From an uncultured archaeon (GTDB taxonomy: Archaea; Aenigmatarchaeota; Aenigmatarchaeia; Aenigmatarchaeales; JAHLMS01): 64,000 nt of DNA. The DNA lies in assembly GCA_964353775.1 (NCBI GenBank), contig CAYGWB010000002.1, forward strand, positions 69,185 to 133,184, read 5' to 3'. The notes beneath the pieces were generated by a model, which saw only the letters and a list, made by a program, of their open reading frames with translations, was not told the DNA's origin and searched no databases. Shown piece by piece: positions 18,954 to 28,251 of this stretch (its first letter is position 1; each line of letters starts with the position of its first letter). A program made the translations under genes and the position numbers.

Positions 18954-20079
18954 GATTTTCGCTTCCGGCTCTTTCTTGGACGACAAGCAGTTCCCGGCAA
19001 CGATCAGAAGGTATATTGCCAAAAAGTGCCTGGAGCAGGACATACACGAGCTGACGGTCGAGTCGAGGCCGGAGTTCGTCACGGCCGAACGGTTGGCCGA
19101 TTTCAAGAACATCAATCTTACGGTCGCGATCGGGCTGGAGGTCGCTGATAACGAGCTTCTGAAAAAATATCGCAAGGGGTTCACGACAGAAGACTTTGCG
19201 AAGGCAGCTGAGACCTTGCATGCCGCCGGCTGCAAGGCACGTACGTACCTGATGGTGGGCATTCCGTTCGCGGCCGACCAGGCGGCTACGACGAAAAGAT
19301 CGGTGGAGTTCGCGCGCAAGTACTCGGACAGCATCGTCCTGATAAACACGTTCCCGCATTCTGCCGCTCCGATATTCGACCTGTGGGTCAGCGGAAAGTG
19401 GAGACCGCTCGATAAAAGACAGTTCGCGGATATCATCAAGAACTATCCGGACTGCGAAACGGAATTCAACAATTTCGCGTTCGTGCCGAAGTTCCACAGG
19501 GAGAAGCAGGAAAAAATAAAGGGCGCGACCGAGAAGGAACTCCTGCACCCGCACTTCGAGCTGTGGCAGGACTACTTCGCCAGGTTCTACGAGCCTCCGG
19601 CCGGGCTGGAGGTCGCATTGTTCGTCCCGTGCGCGTTCAGGAAGCCCTACCGTTTCAGCCAGCTGCACAAGGCGATATTCGGTGTGCTGGAGAAGCTGAA
19701 GGTTTTCAGTCGGCTGCACGTAATAGTCATCAGCTCGCCCGGTGTGATACCGTACGAGTTCTCCAATCACTATCCGTTCACGAGCTACGACTGGCCTGAG
19801 TGGGAGGAGACGCCCGAGATAAAGAAAAGATATATCGAAGTGACGCAAGCACGCATTGAGAAATATTTCCATGCTCATGGAAAGCACTATAAGAAGTTCT
19901 ACAACTTCTTCAAGCCTGATTCAGAAAGCTACACTGCCTTGGCATCCGCATGCAAGAAACTGGATATAGAACTGATCGACTGTCTGGGTGAAAAAACTTA
20001 CGAGAGCATAAAGGACCAGAAGAACCCGCTGACGAACGAACAGGCGCTCGCCGACCTGAAGAACGCGCTCGATCAGTGA
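18784..20079 (+). CDS. radical SAM-like protein with non-canonical CX4CX2C cluster motif (candidate archaeosine-pathway enzyme)
   Basis: CAWGECFACGW sits at residues 14-24, followed by TIM-barrel-like radical SAM blocks (TVAIGLEV...TYLMVGIPF). The gene is divergent from the HAD-tgtA operon. Confidence 0.6.
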   Translation: MSMEKTMLMSSGKCAWGECFACGWGRMTGPPPSMHRLKDIIDEKFRELRKEKISRLKIFASGSFLDDKQFPATIRRYIAKKCLEQDIHELTVESRPEFVTAERLADFKNINLTVAIGLEVADNELLKKYRKGFTTEDFAKAAETLHAAGCKARTYLMVGIPFAADQAATTKRSVEFARKYSDSIVLINTFPHSAAPIFDLWVSGKWRPLDKRQFADIIKNYPDCETEFNNFAFVPKFHREKQEKIKGATEKELLHPHFELWQDYFARFYEPPAGLEVALFVPCAFRKPYRFSQLHKAIFGVLEKLKVFSRLHVIVISSPGVIPYEFSNHYPFTSYDWPEWEETPEIKKRYIEVTQARIEKYFHAHGKHYKKFYNFFKPDSESYTALASACKKLDIELIDCLGEKTYESIKDQKNPLTNEQALADLKNALDQ

Positions 20080-20083
20080 TAAG

Positions 20084-20296
20084 CTACAATTTGTAAAGCA
20101 AATCGAAGGTTAAATCCACGGTGTCTTCGCTGAAGCCGCAGTACAGCGGCCGTTTGCGCTCCTTCAACCGATTGTAGACGTTTCTGCACGCAGATGCAGT
20201 ATAGAAAACTGTGAAGCCCGGCCCGAATAATGGATGTATGATCAGCGTCGGCGTTGCTGCGACTGCCTTCATCTCTTTTATGGCTTTTGTTGTCAT
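20084..20296 (-). CDS. small hypothetical protein (70 aa)
   Basis: Own TATA-like TTAAATA about 27 bp upstream of the ATG. Confidence 0.3.
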   Translation of the reverse strand: MTTKAIKEMKAVAATPTLIIHPLFGPGFTVFYTASACRNVYNRLKERKRPLYCGFSEDTVDLTFDLLYKL

Positions 20297-20322
20297 GTCT
20301 GAGAAAGGGGATAATTATGTAT

Positions 20323-20547
20323 TTAAGCTTTTGTCGACGGGACGGCGCCGTGTATTTTTTCCCTGAGATGCTCGCGCACCTGGTCGCTGTTGAGGTTCTT
20401 CTGCTCACAAAAGAAGTCGTACATGATGCCGGACGAGTGGCATTTCATGTTGTCTATCTCGCATCTGTGTGGGTGGTAAGCCGGACACAGTGACACGTTC
20501 TGAGCCGTCTGTTCTGGTCGCAGCCTATACTCGTCCGTGTTTCCCAT
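20323..20547 (-). CDS. small Cys/His-rich hypothetical protein (about 74 aa)
   Basis: Possible metal-binding spacing C-x3-H-x-H-x-C...C-H...C. Has a TATA-like TTTTTTATA and GAGG upstream. Confidence 0.35.
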   Translation of the reverse strand: MGNTDEYRLRPEQTAQNVSLCPAYHPHRCEIDNMKCHSSGIMYDFFCEQKNLNSDQVREHLREKIHGAVPSTKA

Positions 20548-20623
20548 CAATCCGCCTCAGAAATAATTGGTATAAAAAACTTATATTTAGATACTTTCTG
20601 CCATTGAAAGTGTTTAAATCCTT

Positions 20624-21562
20624 TTGTGTTCAACTGCCTTAATGCGTCTCGACAAAAACGAGCAATATGGTTTTATCAGAAGACTCTATAAGGAGCACCA
20701 TGATGCGCCGAGAGACTATATTTTGGGCCATTTCGAAATTGGTAAGGGTGTGATGAAAAACTGGAGACGCGCGTGGAGGGAAAAGAGAGACTATATTGAT
20801 TTTCAGAAAAGCAAACCGATGGAAAAGGACAGGTATGATGAGCTGAAGCCTGAATTCGTTTATGAGTACACGCTTGACGTTATGCCGAAAATAATGGCCA
20901 TCGATATCATCAAAAGGCACCGTGAGCGCGGCCTGAACAAGAAAATATACGCCAACGACATAAACGAAGCGTTGTCCGCGCATTTCAACAAGAATATAGA
21001 ACTACCAGGGCGCACCCTGTGGGACTGGTCGAACGGATGCCAGCCCGATGACGTAAAAAGAAAGCTCATAAATGAAGAGCTTTGCAAAACAGAATTCTCG
21101 ATACTTGAGACGGAACTGACAGCGACGCATTGGCGCTATCATTACGTGCGCGAGGCAGTGGAAAGGAACGGCGCGGCCAGCGGAATATACCGCACACTCA
21201 TGATGCAACTAGGCGAGCCTTACGACAGGTTGCGCGGCTGGGTGTACAAGGGAAACGGACATTGTATGGCAAAATCTTTCCGAGATAATGAACTGGTCGA
21301 TGAAATATACGCAATTGCGTGCGAAGACGCTGACAAGACAGAGGCGGCCATGCGAGAAACTGCCGGACTCGGACGGAAGGTGTACAGCACCGTCGCCTAC
21401 GCCTTCAATCTCAAATATTCCAGGTTGGACAATACATTATCTGCTGATCTGGAAAATTTTGTTGGCCATGAATGTGCAAATATGAGCGAGAACGCGCAAA
21501 AAAGGATATTAAATTACTCAATCGATCAATTGAAAGCGTCGAACCTGGGATTCAAGATTTAA
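20624..21562 (+). CDS. hypothetical protein
   Basis: 312-aa ORF with balanced composition and no recognisable motif. The true start may be the internal Met at 20642. Confidence 0.5.
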   Translation: MCSTALMRLDKNEQYGFIRRLYKEHHDAPRDYILGHFEIGKGVMKNWRRAWREKRDYIDFQKSKPMEKDRYDELKPEFVYEYTLDVMPKIMAIDIIKRHRERGLNKKIYANDINEALSAHFNKNIELPGRTLWDWSNGCQPDDVKRKLINEELCKTEFSILETELTATHWRYHYVREAVERNGAASGIYRTLMMQLGEPYDRLRGWVYKGNGHCMAKSFRDNELVDEIYAIACEDADKTEAAMRETAGLGRKVYSTVAYAFNLKYSRLDNTLSADLENFVGHECANMSENAQKRILNYSIDQLKASNLGFKI

Positions 21563-22850
21563 TCGGCATGCCGTTCTTCATTACAAGTCTTCGGTCCGCC
21601 CACATGTTGCCGTTCCTTCCTTTCATGATCTTGATCATATCGAGGTGTGAGCTGGCGATGTTCTTTCCGTGGTAGGCGCCGGTGTTGTTTCCGATGGCGA
21701 TGTGAATCGAGCCGAATATCTTCTCGTCGACGATCGTCTCGCCGATGAAGGCGGCCGCCGGGTTCGTTCCGATGCCCAGTTCTGCTATGCGGTCCTTCTC
21801 GCCGGTGTTGCTGTCCAAGAACTTCTTGAACTTTTTCGCTCCGTCTCCGGGAGCTGAGTACTTGACAACTTTGCCGTCCTTGAACGTGATCTTAAGCTTC
21901 TTTACGAATCCGTAGCCATGCGTCACGACGTAATCGAATACTATCGTTCCGTTGGCGGAATACTCGAGCGGAGCAAGAAAGACCTCGCCGTCCGGGATGT
22001 TGAGACCGATGTCTCCGTTGCGCAGATCGTGCGCATCAATCACTCCGTCCGCCAGAAGCACAGGTCTGCCCTTGATAGAAAACGTCAGGTTTGTGCCGTC
22101 ATCGGATTTAATTGTTATTTTGTCCGTGTTCGCAAGCGCCTTTTTGTAATATTTGCACAGTTGCCTGACCTTCGGAGTGAACGTCTCGGCTATCGAGTCC
22201 AAGAAGACCTTCCTGTATTTTGCCGGGCTCACGAGGTATTCCTTCTTGTGGACGGGCCAGCCGAAGAGGCACCAACGCATCTTTCGCTTGTCCATTATCT
22301 GGTGCAGTTTGCTCGAGCCTGGCGCTCCGAGCTTCTCCTTCACCTCAAGACCGCGCACCCAGTTGTCGTCCTCATCACCGCCAAGGAAAATTCTGGCGTC
22401 GAACGTCTGGGCCGTGAGCTTTGCGGAAAGCGGCAGTTCTGCCGCGGTATCCCACGGCATCAGTTTCAGGTGCGCCCTGCTGTCGGCCGAACTATACGGT
22501 ATTGTCGCTATGTGAACGCCCCTTTTCCACGCCTCCTGTTTTATCAGGCGGGCCAGCTCGACGCATTCCGGCTCATTATCACTATATGTCATCCGGACGA
22601 GCTCGCCTACGGTCTTCTTGACGAAATATTTCTTCCCGCGCTTCACGAGCAGAGGGCCGTAGTCCGTGTCAGCCAGCTTTTGGAGCAGCTTCTTGTTCTT
22701 AAATCTGGTCGGGTCGATGTATTTTTTGGAAACTATCTTATCGACCGCCTTGCCGTACCGTTTGCGTGCCAGTGCAATCCCAGGATTCGGCTTGCGACCG
22801 ACAGGTATTGACTTGGCGAGAAGGTCGTGCGCGACTGTTTTCAAATTCAT
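21552..22850 (-). CDS. aminopeptidase, M29 (AmpS/PepS) family
   Basis: 432 aa. The C-terminal IAELGIGTNP...DEKIFGSIHIAIGNN...HLD block is typical of thermophilic M29 aminopeptidases. Confidence 0.7.
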   Translation of the reverse strand: MNLKTVAHDLLAKSIPVGRKPNPGIALARKRYGKAVDKIVSKKYIDPTRFKNKKLLQKLADTDYGPLLVKRGKKYFVKKTVGELVRMTYSDNEPECVELARLIKQEAWKRGVHIATIPYSSADSRAHLKLMPWDTAAELPLSAKLTAQTFDARIFLGGDEDDNWVRGLEVKEKLGAPGSSKLHQIMDKRKMRWCLFGWPVHKKEYLVSPAKYRKVFLDSIAETFTPKVRQLCKYYKKALANTDKITIKSDDGTNLTFSIKGRPVLLADGVIDAHDLRNGDIGLNIPDGEVFLAPLEYSANGTIVFDYVVTHGYGFVKKLKITFKDGKVVKYSAPGDGAKKFKKFLDSNTGEKDRIAELGIGTNPAAAFIGETIVDEKIFGSIHIAIGNNTGAYHGKNIASSHLDMIKIMKGRNGNMWADRRLVMKNGMPIKS

Positions 22851-23887
22851 GGAATCAACCTACGGGGATAGTTCGTTAGTAGTTTGAGGCCTTTCCTTGT
22901 TAATAAAAACATGTCCTCTACGCGTATACCGCCCCAGCCGCTGAAATAGAGGCCCGGCTCGACGGTGAAAATCATGCCAGACTTCAGCCTGTCCTTGGAC
23001 CGCTTGGAAAGGGACGGACTCTCGTGAATCTCAACACCCGTGCCGTGCCCAAGGCTGTGCGTGAACGCCTTGCCCAGACCGAGCTTGCGCGCGACGTCAC
23101 GTGCTGCGCGGTCGACCGCGGCAGCCTGCGCTCCGACCTTCACTTTCTTCAGCGCGGCCGCCCGCATGGCTAGAACAGTGTTGTAGACCTTTCTTTCCTT
23201 CTGGCCGGGCTTCAGACAGAACGTTCTCGTCATGTCAGAACAGAGCCCTTCGACCTGCGCGCCGATGTCGATTATCACCAGGTCCTTCTGTCCGATCTTC
23301 CGGTCGCTGACACCCATATGAGGGCTCGCGCATCTGTCGCCCGAGGCGACTATGCTGTCGAAAGAATATCGGTCGGCTCCGGCGCGGCGCATCGTCGATT
23401 CTGCGACCGCCGCCAGCTGGCGCTCCGTGACGCCAGGTCTGATCGCCTTGGCGACCGCCTTCATACCGGAAACAACTATGTTCGCGGCCTTGATCGTCTT
23501 TTTGATCTCGCCGCATGTTTTCACGCTCCGCATGCGTGTGAAGATGTCTGACGCTGGAACGAGCTTTCCTTTTATAATTTTTTGTATTCTTTTCATCATG
23601 CTGACAGAAATCTCATCATCCTCATAGCCTATGCGGCTCCTGCCGGTCATCTTTGCGACCGTGCGCCACCATTTGTGGCTTATTTTCAATAAGAAAGTTT
23701 TAGGTATCCTGGCATGCTCGAACTCCGTGCTGATTATGGTCGGCTCTCCTCTTGCAGGGATGACCAGGAGCGCCCCCAGCTCCCATTCGCCGGTGAGCCA
23801 CAGGAGATTCGGTTTGCTGCTCACAATAAGAAAATCGAGCTTGCGGGCTCGCAGCGCGCGCTGCAGCTCGGAAATGCGGTTGTCCAT
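22847..23887 (-). CDS. Xaa-Pro aminopeptidase / M24 family metallopeptidase
   Basis: Metal ligand blocks DIGAQVEG, HSLGHGTGVEIHE and VEPGLY. Confidence 0.85.
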   Translation of the reverse strand: MDNRISELQRALRARKLDFLIVSSKPNLLWLTGEWELGALLVIPARGEPTIISTEFEHARIPKTFLLKISHKWWRTVAKMTGRSRIGYEDDEISVSMMKRIQKIIKGKLVPASDIFTRMRSVKTCGEIKKTIKAANIVVSGMKAVAKAIRPGVTERQLAAVAESTMRRAGADRYSFDSIVASGDRCASPHMGVSDRKIGQKDLVIIDIGAQVEGLCSDMTRTFCLKPGQKERKVYNTVLAMRAAALKKVKVGAQAAAVDRAARDVARKLGLGKAFTHSLGHGTGVEIHESPSLSKRSKDRLKSGMIFTVEPGLYFSGWGGIRVEDMFLLTRKGLKLLTNYPRRLIP

Positions 23888-23892
23888 GCTGA

Positions 23893-23920
23893 TTTAATCT
23901 AGTGGCCAAAAGAAAAAGGC
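23893..23920 (-). terminator. Perfect 6-bp-stem hairpin GTGGCC-A(6)GA(5)-GGCCAC between the dnaG stop and the M24 start
   Basis: Stem-loop followed by a T/A-rich run. Could terminate or attenuate dnaG readthrough. Confidence 0.3.
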
Positions 23921-23925
23921 CACCG

Positions 23926-25137
23926 TCAGCTCAAATCAGCCGCCGTAACGACCTGGGTGTTCTCAGGCACGCTGCGTACGCTGCTCTTCATCGCGGCTAT
24001 CAGCTTGACTCCTCGCTGCGCGGCAAAGTTGACCAACCGTTGGTCGGCCTCACCATCCAGCACGAGTATGTCCGCTTGCAGCTCGCGCAAAGCGTTGAAG
24101 ACCTCGCGGAGCGGAACCTTGCCGATTATGTCTCCGCCTTCCTTCATCAGGTAGGCAGCTCGCGTTCCGGTCAGCTCCTCCAAGGTGCTTCTCAGCAGCT
24201 CGGCCTTGCCAGGTTCGAACTTACGGGTAGGCCTGCGCTCCTCGCGCCTTTCCGAACGTTCAGCGCGTTCCGGCCTCTCAGGGCGTTCGGGACGCTCGCC
24301 GTTCTCGGAAATCATCTTCGCCTGATCGAGCGGAACATGGTCGCGCAGGGACTTGAAGAGCTCCTTCTTGGTCAGCTCCTCGACCTCCTTGCCGCGCGGC
24401 GCGCGTGCAACGAAATCTATCTCCGAAGTGGCCATCAGCTCTTTCAAGATAAGGTCCCCGCCTCGGTCGCCGTCCAGGAAGACTGTCACTTCTTTCTGCT
24501 TGGTCAGCTCCGCAACAGCCGGCGGCACGGACGTGCCCTCGATGGCTACGACGTTCTTGATTCCGTGCTTGAGCAGATGGATGACATCTGCGCGCCCCTC
24601 GACTATGACTATGCTGTCATAGTTCTCTATTGCCGGGCCGGCCGGCAGCCCTTGCCAGCTCGTTATCTCCGCTCCACGCACGGACTCCTTCAGTTCTTCA
24701 GCAAGCTGAGCGACCTCCGGAATGCCCTCTTCGAATATCTTCGCAAGCAGTTCCTTCGCCCTTGTGACCACGTACTGTCTCTTCACCGAACGGACGTCCT
24801 CGATCTTGTCTATCAACAATCGTGAGTTCGCCGGTCCGATCCGTTCGATGGTCTCTATGCAAGCGGCTATCAGAGCCGTTTCCGTGCTGTCCAAAGAACT
24901 CGGTATCATTATCGTTCCTGAAGTCTTCCCGCCTTTCGTGTTCAACTCGACGTCTATTCGGCCTATTCGGCCGGTCCTTTGCAGTTCGCGCAGGTCCATG
25001 TCCGGTCCGAGCAGACCTTCGGTCTGTCCGAAGACGGCGCCGATCACGTCCGGCTTCTCAACCGTTCCGTCGGCCTCGAACTTCGCGAATATCGTGTATT
25101 TTGAAGCAGCCTGTGCTAGCTTCGCCATATTGATCAT
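23926..25137 (-). CDS. dnaG: DNA primase DnaG (archaeal Toprim-type)
   Basis: The archaeal DnaG N-terminus FAKFEADGTVEKPDVIGAVFGQTEGLLG plus Toprim motifs (VVIVEGRADV...DGDRGG). Confidence 0.85.
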   Translation of the reverse strand: MINMAKLAQAASKYTIFAKFEADGTVEKPDVIGAVFGQTEGLLGPDMDLRELQRTGRIGRIDVELNTKGGKTSGTIMIPSSLDSTETALIAACIETIERIGPANSRLLIDKIEDVRSVKRQYVVTRAKELLAKIFEEGIPEVAQLAEELKESVRGAEITSWQGLPAGPAIENYDSIVIVEGRADVIHLLKHGIKNVVAIEGTSVPPAVAELTKQKEVTVFLDGDRGGDLILKELMATSEIDFVARAPRGKEVEELTKKELFKSLRDHVPLDQAKMISENGERPERPERPERAERSERREERRPTRKFEPGKAELLRSTLEELTGTRAAYLMKEGGDIIGKVPLREVFNALRELQADILVLDGEADQRLVNFAAQRGVKLIAAMKSSVRSVPENTQVVTAADLS

Positions 25138-25369
25138 CTCCTTTGATTATCGTTTTCATTTTTTCACTGTCTATTTTCTTAGAAAGAGGCCCAGTCCTTA
25201 ACGCATCTGGCGTCTATATCGTATTTAGGACGCCGTACGCCCTTGCTTGCGGAATAACCCGCTTGATTATGATATGAGACTGAAAGGACCGAGCGTTCGT
25301 TGATGTAAAGGGCTCGTTCCGTACCTCTTTCTACAGATAGTTGCTTTTCACGTTATTTAAACGTATCTT

Positions 25370-25765
25370 TTAGAACTTGACGCACGTGAGCGCCATCGTG
25401 TTTATGACGCCGGGCACTTCGCGGAGAACGTCAGAAATGTAGGTGCCCACCGCACGAAAGTCCTTACCGCTGACCTTGACTACCAGATCGTACTCTCCGA
25501 ATAGCGGGGTCAACTCCTCTATATGGGCCTCCACTCCCTTAAGCGCCAAATATTCGCCGTAAAGGTTATCTCCCACAGTTTTCCGCAAAGCTTCCATACG
25601 TGTCGGATCCTTCTCCAGTTTCTGTATATTTTCCAATATTTGATAAGCCTCATGCTCTTTGGCCGGAGCAGAGGAAATGAGCACAAATGACAATGTATCG
25701 TACATCGTGGGTTCTCCGTTTTTTTCCTGTGTCTCGGGCTTCTTCGGGGTGCTTTCATTTGGCAT
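25370..25765 (-). CDS. Lrp/AsnC ligand-binding (RAM) domain protein
   Basis: C-terminal RAM-domain pattern (FVLI...YDLVVKV...PGV..T) with no N-terminal HTH. Confidence 0.55.
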   Translation of the reverse strand: MPNESTPKKPETQEKNGEPTMYDTLSFVLISSAPAKEHEAYQILENIQKLEKDPTRMEALRKTVGDNLYGEYLALKGVEAHIEELTPLFGEYDLVVKVSGKDFRAVGTYISDVLREVPGVINTMALTCVKF

Positions 25766-25810
25766 GAAAAATAACCGAGAGAAAAGGATTTAAAGGTTTA
25801 AAATCTGTTA

Positions 25811-26053
25811 TTGGCTATGGAGCGCAATGAATGGGCATCGAACGCGATTTCGTCCGTAAAGGACGTCCTGAAGGATGAGCATGACATACTCGCCAGCTAT
25901 CTCTTCCCTGTGGTATCTCCGTTGTTTCTTTGCATGGGACTATTTTCAGCCTATCGCGGAGATATGGAGAATGCGAAAATGGGGTTTGAGGTAGGCGCGG
26001 GCGCCGGTGGCTATTCTCTGATATCCAAATTGTACGGAAAAATGAGCAGATGA
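25811..26053 (+). CDS. small hypothetical (possibly membrane) protein
   Basis: 80 aa with a TATA-like TTTAAAGGTTTAAAA upstream. Confidence 0.25.
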   Translation: MAMERNEWASNAISSVKDVLKDEHDILASYLFPVVSPLFLCMGLFSAYRGDMENAKMGFEVGAGAGGYSLISKLYGKMSR

Positions 26054-26057
26054 TACT

Positions 26058-26606
26058 CTAGAGCTCGGCTGCCTCGTTCTTGCAGGCATCACAGACCCAT
26101 CGGTCGTTGATGTAATGCAGGTTCTCAGAATAGTTAGCGCACAGTTCGCAGTCGCCGGAATTGAACTCCTCTATCCCAGAACCGGGCTCTACCAAGGTTA
26201 GACGCTCGCGCAGGATCTCTATGCAAGCGGGGGCGACCCTCGCTATCTCCCGGTCGGACAGAATGCCGACCAGCTTGCCCATCTGAACGACAGGTAGACG
26301 CTCGAAGCCGTGCTTGGCCATCACTCTCGCAGCATCGGCCATGTCGTCGTCCGGCGAGCAGGTTATGACGTCGTAGGACATTATCTCCTTGATCATCATT
26401 TTGGACGCTGTCTTGTCGTCCGCCACGACCTTGTTGACTATGTCTTCCCTGGTCACGATTCCGACCGGCCTGCTGCCTTCGCAGACGACCACCATGCCGA
26501 CATCCTCGTCGCGCATGGCCTTGCTGGCCATCGTAACAGTGTCGCTCGGCTTGGCCGAAACGACCGTGCTTATCATGGCTTCCGACACTTTGATTCCAGT
26601 TGGCAT
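26058..26606 (-). CDS. CBS-domain pair protein with C-terminal zinc ribbon
   Basis: Two CBS repeats (VIT..PDD, VVQMGKLVGILSDREI) followed by CELC...CDAC. Confidence 0.8.
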   Translation of the reverse strand: MPTGIKVSEAMISTVVSAKPSDTVTMASKAMRDEDVGMVVVCEGSRPVGIVTREDIVNKVVADDKTASKMMIKEIMSYDVITCSPDDDMADAARVMAKHGFERLPVVQMGKLVGILSDREIARVAPACIEILRERLTLVEPGSGIEEFNSGDCELCANYSENLHYINDRWVCDACKNEAAEL

Positions 26607-26648
26607 GGTGAGAATATGTCACATGATTATTTAAAGGTTTTGCGCGGT

Positions 26649-27530
26649 TTACTGTTGGTCTATGATCTTTTTCGCAAGTTCTTCTTCCATTTTTTTATAG
26701 TTTTTATTGCGAAAGTATGCGTAGTCGAGCTCGGTTGACACTTCTCTTATTGTTTGGCCTTTGAATGATGTCGCTTGTGAGATATCAATCTGTTTTAAAG
26801 GCTTTTTGCATTCAATAGATGCCCTGTGAACGGCTCCGGCCGCAATTATATCTGGGGTGTGATTCTTTATCTGGGCCTCTCTTATAATCTCGCATGCCTT
26901 GTTCTGGATGTCTATTGCATCTGGCATGCCCAGTTTGATCATAATTTTAGGAACGAATGATTCTGGCGTTATCGTTCTCTGAACAGGTTTGACCAACGTT
27001 ATTATCTTTTTGTAGGCATTGAAGACGCTGCCCTTCCAAACACCCACCCCATCTCCTATTTCCCTGCCAGACATCGGCATTCCATATTCCCTGTAGGCCG
27101 CAAGGATGCTGCCGGCATAAACTTCTTTCATTCCAAGCCCGCTGCATCCTCTTTTTCTTTCGTTTTTAAATTTATTGAATATTCCTATTGCAGTCTCGAC
27201 TATGTAGTCCGGCGCATCCATTGCCGAGCATATCGATTCTATCTCGTCAGCATCTTTCTTGTGATAACCAATATCCTCATTGGCAATTTCTTCATGCATC
27301 GTCTTATGCCGCTTTTTAAGAACAGTGACATTTTTCCAATCGCTCGGCCCTACACCGTCGATAACCGAGCCCAACGGCTCCTTGTTTCCAGATTGTGGCC
27401 TTACTGCCTTATCATAGACCAAACCGCAATCCTCGCAGATGTGCTCGTCTTTGTGGTAAACTATCCTTCCGTTGCATTCACCGCACTTTTCCGATTCTGC
27501 AACGTCATCCTCGTACGTGTCCGGTGCCAT
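26649..27530 (-). CDS. tfb: transcription initiation factor IIB (TFB)
   Basis: N-terminal zinc ribbon CGEC...CEDCG and two cyclin-fold repeats, one with a GR helix. Confidence 0.9.
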   Translation of the reverse strand: MAPDTYEDDVAESEKCGECNGRIVYHKDEHICEDCGLVYDKAVRPQSGNKEPLGSVIDGVGPSDWKNVTVLKKRHKTMHEEIANEDIGYHKKDADEIESICSAMDAPDYIVETAIGIFNKFKNERKRGCSGLGMKEVYAGSILAAYREYGMPMSGREIGDGVGVWKGSVFNAYKKIITLVKPVQRTITPESFVPKIMIKLGMPDAIDIQNKACEIIREAQIKNHTPDIIAAGAVHRASIECKKPLKQIDISQATSFKGQTIREVSTELDYAYFRNKNYKKMEEELAKKIIDQQ

Positions 27531-27581
27531 GTTATTAGTAGCATGTAAAGGTTTATATACTTATCAGTAGTAATAATTATT

Positions 27582-27905
27582 ATGGCAAAATATAGCCCGC
27601 CCAACGGGGGCGACATAAAGGAGATCGACGTCGACAAGAACGAAGGCAACCTGAAAGTTGTCGTGGACGGCAGGACCATCATATATCGTAAGGACGGCGT
27701 AGAGGAAAAGACGTTCGAGGACGGGCTCCTGCGCAGCAGCCGTTTTATAGGCTACAGGGCCAGCGGTTATTCCGAAGCTTATGACAAGTACATAAGCGTT
27801 GTTGAGTCTGCCATGAAAGACTTCAGCGAAGAGGACAAGAAATTAACAGAATACGTGCTGGCGATAGTAAGAAATAAGGGCGAAATCGGCGTAAAGCTAC
27901 AATAA
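27582..27905 (+). CDS. hypothetical protein (107 aa)
   Basis: TTTATATA box about 30 bp upstream of the ATG. Confidence 0.45.
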   Translation: MAKYSPPNGGDIKEIDVDKNEGNLKVVVDGRTIIYRKDGVEEKTFEDGLLRSSRFIGYRASGYSEAYDKYISVVESAMKDFSEEDKKLTEYVLAIVRNKGEIGVKLQ

Positions 27906-27922
27906 CTTGAAGGGGTTTTGAT

Positions 27923-28204
27923 ATGGGTATCGGTAAAATGCTGTTCGGTGAAAAATTTATTGATCGCACGCCGGAAATGGAACGCCAGCAGACCGTCGAG
28001 TTCTATGAACGCGATGTTGACATGAACAATTCGGTCGTTGAGGAACTCGAAGTACTAAAACAAATTGAAAAGAAGCCTTCTTGGCATTACAGGCAGCTTG
28101 TCGATCAGTACCGTGACTTGCAGGAAGACATAAGCATAACTCGGGAAAACGCCGCAAAACAAGGCATAATTTTGCCTGATATGGAAATTCTGACTTACAG
28201 CTAA
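27923..28204 (+). CDS. hypothetical protein (93 aa)
   Basis: GAAGGGG Shine-Dalgarno upstream; probably co-transcribed with 27582..27905. Confidence 0.45.
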   Translation: MGIGKMLFGEKFIDRTPEMERQQTVEFYERDVDMNNSVVEELEVLKQIEKKPSWHYRQLVDQYRDLQEDISITRENAAKQGIILPDMEILTYS

Positions 28205-28251
28205 ATCAACACATATTTATATATTGATATTCGACAATAGATAGACTCATT

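Noticed and set aside
18759-19887. 373-aa and 226-aa minus-strand ORFs antisense to the radical SAM gene
   Set aside because: Arg/Leu-rich, low-complexity translations typical of antisense reading of a GC-rich gene.
25209-25234. GGCGTC-N14-GACGCC hairpin downstream of the Lrp-like gene, considered as an ncRNA or terminator
   Set aside because: Could be a terminator, but there is no clear U-tract and no C/D-box or other ncRNA signature, so it was left unannotated.
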